DNA of 64,000 nucleotides from Polyangiales bacterium (GTDB lineage Bacteria; Myxococcota_A; Polyangia; Polyangiales; Polyangiaceae): NCBI GenBank assembly GCA_038231275.1, contig JBBRLQ010000028.1, positions 1 to 64,000 of the forward strand, read 5' to 3'. Shown piece by piece: positions 57,872 to 64,000 of this stretch (position 1 is its first letter; each line of letters starts with the position of its first letter). The notes under the pieces were generated by a model. It saw only the letters and a program-made list of their open reading frames with translations, ran no database searches and was not told where the DNA came from. The position numbers and the translations under genes were made by a program.

Positions 57872-58681
57872 ATGAAGCACGAGCACGTCAAGACGCCCAA
57901 GGGTGAGGTGCTCATCTCCTTCCGGGGAGTGAAGAAGTCGTTCGGGCCCAAGGTCATCTACACCGACCTGAACCTCGACATCCGCCGCGGTGAGACGACG
58001 ACCATCCTCGGAGCGTCGGGCAGCGGCAAGAGCGTCATGCTCAAGATGCTCATCGGTCTCCTCACGGTCGACGCAGGAGAGATCATCTTCGACGGCGCGG
58101 ACGTGTCGAAATACGACGAGCACCAGATGATCGACGTTCGCCGTCGCGTCGCGTACCTGTTCCAGGGCGCCGCGCTCTTCGACTCGCTCGACGTCGGCGA
58201 GAACGTCGCGTACGGCCTGCGCGAGCAGTACTGGAACACGATGACCGACGCCGAGATCCGCGCGCGCGTGTCGCAGTCACTCGGGCTCGTGGGACTGCCG
58301 GGCATCGAGCAGATGCGCCCCAGCGATCTCTCCGGAGGCATGAAGAAGCGCGTCGGCCTCGCGCGCACGCTCGCGCTTCAGCCCGAGGTGCTCCTCTACG
58401 ACGAGCCGACCACCGGTCTCGATCCGATCAACACGGCGCGCATCAACCACCTCATCAACGGCATCAAGCGCGCCCTGGGCCTCACCAGCATCGTCGTCAC
58501 GCACGACATGGGTACCGCGTTCACCGTCTCCGACCGCCTCGCGATGATCGGCCGCGGGCGCGTGCTGATGAGCGCGCCCAAGGACGAGTTCAAGAGCACG
58601 CAAGACAAGTACGTCCGCGACTTCATCGACGGCCATGCGCCGGAAACCGAGGACGTCGACTCGCTGCTCTCCACGTCGTGA
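57872..58681 (+). CDS. ABC transporter ATP-binding protein, MlaF/Mkl family
   Basis: GASGSGKS, LFQGAALFDSL, LSGGMKKRVGLAR, YDEPTTGLDPI, VTHD. Confidence 0.9.
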   Translation: MKHEHVKTPKGEVLISFRGVKKSFGPKVIYTDLNLDIRRGETTTILGASGSGKSVMLKMLIGLLTVDAGEIIFDGADVSKYDEHQMIDVRRRVAYLFQGAALFDSLDVGENVAYGLREQYWNTMTDAEIRARVSQSLGLVGLPGIEQMRPSDLSGGMKKRVGLARTLALQPEVLLYDEPTTGLDPINTARINHLINGIKRALGLTSIVVTHDMGTAFTVSDRLAMIGRGRVLMSAPKDEFKSTQDKYVRDFIDGHAPETEDVDSLLSTS

Positions 58682-58745
58682 GCCATTTTCGCGCGCGCCT
58701 CACGCCGCGCTGGAATGCGCGGCGGTTTTCAGGTCAAAAGGAGAG

Positions 58746-59717
58746 ATGAGCCTTTCTTCGTACAAGCCCCGGGTCGCCGCGGCGTCGGTCGCGTGGCTCG
58801 CGTGTGGCCTCGCGGTCGCGTGCTCGTCGAGCTCGTCCACGGACACGCCGGGCGCCGACGCGTCGGTCCCGCCGCACGACGCGACGACCGGCGCCGACAC
58901 GAACGCGCCCGCCGACCAGGCCGCGCCTGACGCGGGCGGGGGCGACGACGCATCGGACGGTGCGGCGACGGCGAACCCCGCGCACGTTGGGTTTTTCTCG
59001 TTCAAGCAGTTCGAGGCCCCGCGGTGGGATTTCGGCGGAGGCTTCGTCTCGAACGAACCGACGCCGCCGCCGAACCCCTACTACACCTGCACCACGTCGA
59101 CGGCGGGCGAATGCACGCTCTCGATCTGCACGCCCATCGACGGCGGTCCACCACCACCTCCTCCTCCGCTCCTCGTCTTGGTGAACCCGGGCGACATCAC
59201 CGTCACCGGTGGCACCATCCCGGCAGGGACCAAGCTGGCGGCGGTGGACGGCGGCGGCAACGGGAGCTCGGTGGGCGCCGCAGGCGTCGTGGTCGTCAAC
59301 GGGGACGTGATCCGCGTGTCGGCGCCTGGCAGCGCGGATGTTCCCGCTTTCGCGCTCTCGATCGTCGCGAACCCGACGTACACCGTCACGAACCCCGCCT
59401 GCGACGCGGGGACCTGCCCTGGTGTCGACCGCACGAAAGACTACGTCTTCACCTGGACGGGCCTCGCCCAGGGCACGCTGCAGGTCGCGTTCGCCTACGT
59501 GAACGGGCCACCGCTCGACCGCATCGTCTGCAATTTCCCGGGGGCGGCGGGGCAGGGGACCATTCCGTCTTCGCTGCTCACGCAGTTCCCCGGCACCGCG
59601 GGCATCCAGCTCGAGGCGGTCTCGAAGAACGTGACCCGCGCGGTGGTCGGCGACTACGGCACGACGATCGACTTCACCGGCAACTACTTCGACAGGGTCT
59701 TGCCGATCGTCAACTGA
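58746..59717 (+). CDS. Hypothetical lipoprotein
   Basis: SD AAGGAG, lipobox AVAC, D/A/G/P-rich linker, Cys-paired beta-rich domain. Confidence 0.7.
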   Translation: MSLSSYKPRVAAASVAWLACGLAVACSSSSSTDTPGADASVPPHDATTGADTNAPADQAAPDAGGGDDASDGAATANPAHVGFFSFKQFEAPRWDFGGGFVSNEPTPPPNPYYTCTTSTAGECTLSICTPIDGGPPPPPPPLLVLVNPGDITVTGGTIPAGTKLAAVDGGGNGSSVGAAGVVVVNGDVIRVSAPGSADVPAFALSIVANPTYTVTNPACDAGTCPGVDRTKDYVFTWTGLAQGTLQVAFAYVNGPPLDRIVCNFPGAAGQGTIPSSLLTQFPGTAGIQLEAVSKNVTRAVVGDYGTTIDFTGNYFDRVLPIVN

Positions 59718-62700
59718 CGACGTCGATCCCGCAGACCTCGGCGATTGGGCGACCGGTGCGGATCGCCCGTTTGAGCTGCGCGTAACGCCAATAGGTGTAA
59801 ATTACAGGTATGAGCTCGAGCGTCAGAAACGCGCTCGAGAGGAGCCCGCCCACCATCGGCGCGGCGATGCGCTTCATCACGTCGGAGCCGCTGCCGGTCG
59901 CCCACAAGAGCGGCACGAGGCCGATGAGCATGGTGCCCACCGTCATCAGCTTCGGGCGAACGCGGAGGACGGTGCCCTCGGTGTGGGCGTGGAGGATGTC
60001 GTCGAGCGTCGCGAGCTTGCCGGCGCGCACGCGTCGCGCGAACGCGTGGTCGATGTACACGATCATGACCACGCCGGTCTGCGCCGCGAGGCCGACCAGC
60101 GCGATGACGCCGACCATCACCGCCGTCGAGATGCGGTAGTCGAGGAGGTAGAGGAGCCACACGCTCCCCACGAGCGCGAACGGGATCGACAGGAAGACGA
60201 TGAGGACCTCCGTGAGCTTCTTGAACTGCAGGTAGAGGAGCAAGGCGACGCCCGCCAAGGTCAGCGGGATCAGGATCTTCATCCGGGCGCGCATTCCCTC
60301 GAGGAGCTCGTACTGCCCGGTCCACGCGAGGTGCATTCCCGTGCCGACCGTGACCTCTCCGCGCGCGCGCGCCGCGTCGACCGCCGCTTTGGCCCCCTCG
60401 ACGTAACCGCCGAGATCGCGCGATGGATCGACGTCGACGTACACGTACCCCACGAGGAGCCCGGCTTCGTCGCGCAGCATCGGCGGGCCCTCCACGATCG
60501 CCACGTCCGCGAGCTCTCCCAGCGGCAACGCGCGCCCGGCTTGCCGCAGCGGCACGAGCACCCGCCTCAGTTGCTCGGGGCTCGCGCGGAAATCCTCCTT
60601 GTAGCGGACGTTGACGGTGAACCGGCGGCGCCCCTCGACGGTCGTGGTGACGGGCTCGCCGCCGATCGCCTGCTCCACGATGGCGTTCACGTCGTCGACG
60701 GTCAGCCCGTACCGTGCGAGCGCGTCGCGACGCGGCGTGACGTCGACGTAGCTCCCGCCGAGCGACCGCTCGTACAGCACGCTGCGTGTGCCGGGCACCG
60801 CCCGCAGCGCGGCCTCCAGCTCGCGCCCCGTCTTCTCGATCGCGGGCAAATCCGGCCCGAGCACCTTGATCCCGACCGGGGTGCGCACGCCCGTGGTCAG
60901 CATGTCTACGCGCGTCTTGATCGGCATCGTCCATGCGTTCGTCCACCCGGGCAGATCGAGGTGCGCGTTCATCTTCTGCACGAGCTCGTCCCACGTCTCC
61001 GGCTGCTCCTCCGGCCAGAGCGCGCCGAGCGGGCGTTTCATCCACGACGGCGCCCACCCCGAGTACCAGCGATCGTGGTGCACGCGCGGCCACTCCTCCG
61101 GCGGCTTCAGCGCGACGATCGTCTCGACCATCGAGAGCGGCGCGGGATCGGTCGGCGACTCCGCGCGCCCCGCCTTGCCGAACACGCTCTTCACCTCGGG
61201 CAACGACGCGAGCAGACGATCTTGCCGCTCCAGCTGACGCTTCGCCTCTTCGATCGAGATGTTGGGGAGGGTCGTCGGCATGTAGAGCACGTCGCCCTCG
61301 TTGAGGGGCGGCATGAACTCGCTCCCGAGCTTCAGGAGCGGCGGGATCGCCGAGAGCAGCGCGAAGACACCGATGAGCAGCGTCGTCCACGGTCGACGGA
61401 GCGCGACGTACACGAAGGGGCGATACACCGACACGATCGCGCGCGACACCGGATGGTCGGCCTCGCGGCGAATCTTCCCGCGGAGGAGCGCGTCGCGCAG
61501 GGCCGGCGCGAGCGTGATGCTGAGGATCGCCGCGCCGAGCATCACGAACGTCTTCGTGTACGCAAGCGGCTTGAAGAGGCGGCCAGCCTGCCCGTTCAGG
61601 CCGAAAATAGGCACGAAGGAGATCGCGATGATGAGGAGCGAGAAGAAGATCGCCGGCGTCACCTCGCGCGCGGCGTCGTGGAGGAGCTTCGAGCGCGCGG
61701 CGGGCGAGATGTCCTTCGGCGCGTCCTCGAGCTTCTTGTGGCAGGCCTCGATCATCACGATCTCGGCGTCGACGGTGGCGCCGATCGCGATCGCGATGCC
61801 GCCGAGGCTCATGATCGTGGCGGGGATCCCGAGCAGGTACATCGGGATGAACGAGAAGAGGACGGCGAGGGGCAACGTCACGATGGGGAGGAGCGCGCTC
61901 CGGACGTGCAAGAGGAAGAGGAGGATGACGAGGGCGACGACGATCATCTCCTCGCCGAGGGCACGCCGCAGCGTCGAGATGGCGCGCTCGATCAGGTTCG
62001 AGCGATCGTAAGCCGTCGCGATCTCGACGCCGGGCGGCAGCGACGCCTGGAGCTCGGCGAGCCTCGTCTTCACGCGCCCGATGACGTCGAGCGCGTTCTC
62101 GCCGTAGCGCGCGATGACGATGGCCCCGACCGTCTCGCCCGCGCCGTTCCAGTCTGCGACGCCGCGCCGGATCTCACCGCCGACTTGCACCGTCCCCACG
62201 TCGGCGACCGTCACCGGAGTCCCACCTGGCGCCGCACGAAGCGCGACCTTGCCGACGTCGGTGACCCCCTGGAGGTACGCGCGGCCGCGGACCACGTACT
62301 CGCGCCCGCTCATTTCGAGGAGGCGCCCGCCCACTTCGCCGTTCGATTTGCGGATGGCGTCGGCGACGTCGGCGACGGTCATGCCGTACGCGCGCATCTT
62401 CTCGGGATCCAAGGTGACCTGGTACTGCCGCTCGTAGCCGCCAACGCTGGCGACCTCCGCGACGCCGGGGACGCTCTCGAGGGCGTAGCGGAGGGTGAAG
62501 TCCTGGATGGCGCGGAGCTCGCCGAGATCGTGCTTGCCGGACCGGTCGACGAGCGCGTACTCGAAGACCCAGCCGATGCCAGTCGCGTCGGGGCCGAGGA
62601 CCGGGGACGCTGCGGGAGGCAATTTTGCCTTGATGCCGCTCAAGTACTCGAGGACGCGCGAGCGCGCCCAGTACACGTCGGTGCCCTCCTCGAAGAGCAC

Positions 62701-62982
62701 GTAGACGAAGCTCATCCCGAACATCGACGTGCCGCGCACCGCGGTCACCTTGGGCGCGGCGAGGAGGGCGCTCGCGATCGGGTAGGTGACCTGGTCCTCC
62801 ACGATCGTCGGTGACTGGCCCTTCAGCTCGGTGAAGACGATGACCTGGGCGTCCGACAGATCGGGGATCGCGTCGAGGGTCACGCTCCGCATCGCGTTGA
62901 CGCCGAAGAGGACGAGCACGCCGTACGCGAGGAAGACGAGGCCGCGGTGCTTGGCGGACAAGGAGAGAATGCGTTCGATCAT
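59710..62982 (-). CDS. cusA: CusA/SilA heavy-metal efflux RND permease
   Basis: DAIPDLSDAQVIV, VEDQVTYP, YWARSRVLEYL, GSEFMPPLNEG, WTMPIKTRVDML, RVRPKLMT, MKRIAAPMVGG. Confidence 0.95.
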   Translation of the reverse strand: MIERILSLSAKHRGLVFLAYGVLVLFGVNAMRSVTLDAIPDLSDAQVIVFTELKGQSPTIVEDQVTYPIASALLAAPKVTAVRGTSMFGMSFVYVLFEEGTDVYWARSRVLEYLSGIKAKLPPAASPVLGPDATGIGWVFEYALVDRSGKHDLGELRAIQDFTLRYALESVPGVAEVASVGGYERQYQVTLDPEKMRAYGMTVADVADAIRKSNGEVGGRLLEMSGREYVVRGRAYLQGVTDVGKVALRAAPGGTPVTVADVGTVQVGGEIRRGVADWNGAGETVGAIVIARYGENALDVIGRVKTRLAELQASLPPGVEIATAYDRSNLIERAISTLRRALGEEMIVVALVILLFLLHVRSALLPIVTLPLAVLFSFIPMYLLGIPATIMSLGGIAIAIGATVDAEIVMIEACHKKLEDAPKDISPAARSKLLHDAAREVTPAIFFSLLIIAISFVPIFGLNGQAGRLFKPLAYTKTFVMLGAAILSITLAPALRDALLRGKIRREADHPVSRAIVSVYRPFVYVALRRPWTTLLIGVFALLSAIPPLLKLGSEFMPPLNEGDVLYMPTTLPNISIEEAKRQLERQDRLLASLPEVKSVFGKAGRAESPTDPAPLSMVETIVALKPPEEWPRVHHDRWYSGWAPSWMKRPLGALWPEEQPETWDELVQKMNAHLDLPGWTNAWTMPIKTRVDMLTTGVRTPVGIKVLGPDLPAIEKTGRELEAALRAVPGTRSVLYERSLGGSYVDVTPRRDALARYGLTVDDVNAIVEQAIGGEPVTTTVEGRRRFTVNVRYKEDFRASPEQLRRVLVPLRQAGRALPLGELADVAIVEGPPMLRDEAGLLVGYVYVDVDPSRDLGGYVEGAKAAVDAARARGEVTVGTGMHLAWTGQYELLEGMRARMKILIPLTLAGVALLLYLQFKKLTEVLIVFLSIPFALVGSVWLLYLLDYRISTAVMVGVIALVGLAAQTGVVMIVYIDHAFARRVRAGKLATLDDILHAHTEGTVLRVRPKLMTVGTMLIGLVPLLWATGSGSDVMKRIAAPMVGGLLSSAFLTLELIPVIYTYWRYAQLKRAIRTGRPIAEVCGIDVVS

Positions 62983-64000
62983 CGCGCCGCGCCGATGGCC
63001 GCGCGCAAGCGGCTCTCCGAGTCGATGAGGAACGTCGCGCCGGACACGACACGCTCCCCCGCGGCGAGGCCGGACTCGATGACGGTGTCGTCGCCGTGTG
63101 CGCCGCCGAGCGTGACCGCGCGCGGAACGTAGCGGCCCTCGGCTTCCACGACGAAGAGGTACGCCGCGGTCCCGGTGTCGACGATGGCGTCGCGCGGAAC
63201 GGTGATGACGTCGCGCGCGGCGGTCTCCAGCAGGGCGACGCCGTACTCCCCGGGGCGCAGCGCGTGACGAGCGTTCTTGACCTGCATGCGGACGCGGGTG
63301 GTGCGCGCCTCGGCGTCGAGGACGGGATAGACGAGATCGACGGTCGTGGCGACGGCGTCCTCTGCGCGGCCATTCGGCGTAAATTTGCCGGCGAGGCCGG
63401 TCTTCACGAGCTTCATGTCCCGCTGGAAGACATCGGCGACCACGTACACCCGCGACAGGTCGACGAGCTCGTAGAGCACCATCTCGGGCGTGACGTACGA
63501 GCCGAGGACGACGCCCTTCTTCGCCACGTAGCCCCCTTGCGGCGCGGTGACGGGGATGGCGCGCATGGCCTGGCCGGACGCGAGCACTTGGTCGACGTCC
63601 TTGGCCGCCATGCCGAGCAGCTCCAGCTTGCTGCGCGCACGGTCCGACGCGCGCGCGCCGGCGTCGCCCTCCCACGTGCGCGTGGCGAGGAGCTCGGCCT
63701 CGGCCTGGAAGATCTCGGGGCTGTAGAGGAGAAAGAGCGTCTGCCCGCGGCCGACCGTCACGCCGAGCTGCGCGGCGTCGATGCGCTCGACGAAGCCCGA
63801 CGCGCGGACGTGCACCTCGGCGACGGACTGATCCGCCGGCGCGATCGACGCGGTGACGCGGAGCGGCTCGCCGGACTTCTCGGCGCGGGCCAGCGCGGTG
63901 CGTACGCCGATCGCTTGAACGCGATCGAGCGGGAGGTCCACCGTCGTCGTGCCGGGAGGCAGCCCCGCCGCGTCTCCCTGCGCATCGGCGGCGCCTGCGT
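62979..64000 (-). CDS. cusB: CusB-family efflux RND periplasmic adaptor, 5'-truncated by window edge
   Basis: IGVRT, YSPEIFQAEAE, DLSRVYV, VYPVLDAEARTTRVR, FLIDSESRL; ATGA overlap with cusA. Confidence 0.92.
   Translation of the reverse strand, partial: AGAADAQGDAAGLPPGTTTVDLPLDRVQAIGVRTALARAEKSGEPLRVTASIAPADQSVAEVHVRASGFVERIDAAQLGVTVGRGQTLFLLYSPEIFQAEAELLATRTWEGDAGARASDRARSKLELLGMAAKDVDQVLASGQAMRAIPVTAPQGGYVAKKGVVLGSYVTPEMVLYELVDLSRVYVVADVFQRDMKLVKTGLAGKFTPNGRAEDAVATTVDLVYPVLDAEARTTRVRMQVKNARHALRPGEYGVALLETAARDVITVPRDAIVDTGTAAYLFVVEAEGRYVPRAVTLGGAHGDDTVIESGLAAGERVVSGATFLIDSESRLRAAIGAAR

Noticed and set aside
57872..58681. MlaF-like ATPase without adjacent MlaE/MlaD
   Set aside because: Split mla/mce loci are common; not evidence of novelty on its own
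59710..64000. CusBA as part of the Cys-peptide metal system
   Set aside because: About 25 kb away with unrelated genes between; ordinary heavy-metal RND pump

Overview
A very GC-rich, gene-dense bacterial window with about 55 credible CDS. The gene content and style suggest Myxococcota, probably Polyangiaceae/Labilithrix-like (inference): many Cys-, Pro- and Gly-Ser-rich lipoproteins, a CarD/CdnL protein, a Ser/Thr kinase-like protein and sigma54 promoters. Housekeeping genes are nnrD (partial), pduO, tyrS, an IHF/HU subunit, a PIN-PhoH protein, yajC-secD-secF and cusBA. Two accessory loci stand out. (1) 3285-6475 is a stand-alone type III secretion translocon cassette: small ORF, Bsp22/EspA/SseB-like tip or filament protein, SycD/LcrH TPR chaperone, SctE-like and SctB-like translocators. 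It has a sigma28-like promoter and no injectisome genes in the window. (2) 32965-41417 is a candidate new RiPP or metal-binding peptide system. A Cys-rich peptide (…RGG|NCGCSPCWGPPAPP…) is translationally coupled to a ferritin-like diiron enzyme and divergent from an Lgt-like gene. A TolC/HlyD/C39-peptidase ABC exporter/second MFP operon lies nearby, and all three units carry sigma54-like promoters. Other features are a degenerate PFOR-like protein, a pseudokinase, a secreted charged-heptad protein, two GT-C glycosyltransferases and a PPIase-HupE-DUF3604 operon next to a two-component system. I saw no rRNA, tRNA, CRISPR array or mobile element. All calls come from reading motifs by eye; no database searches were run.
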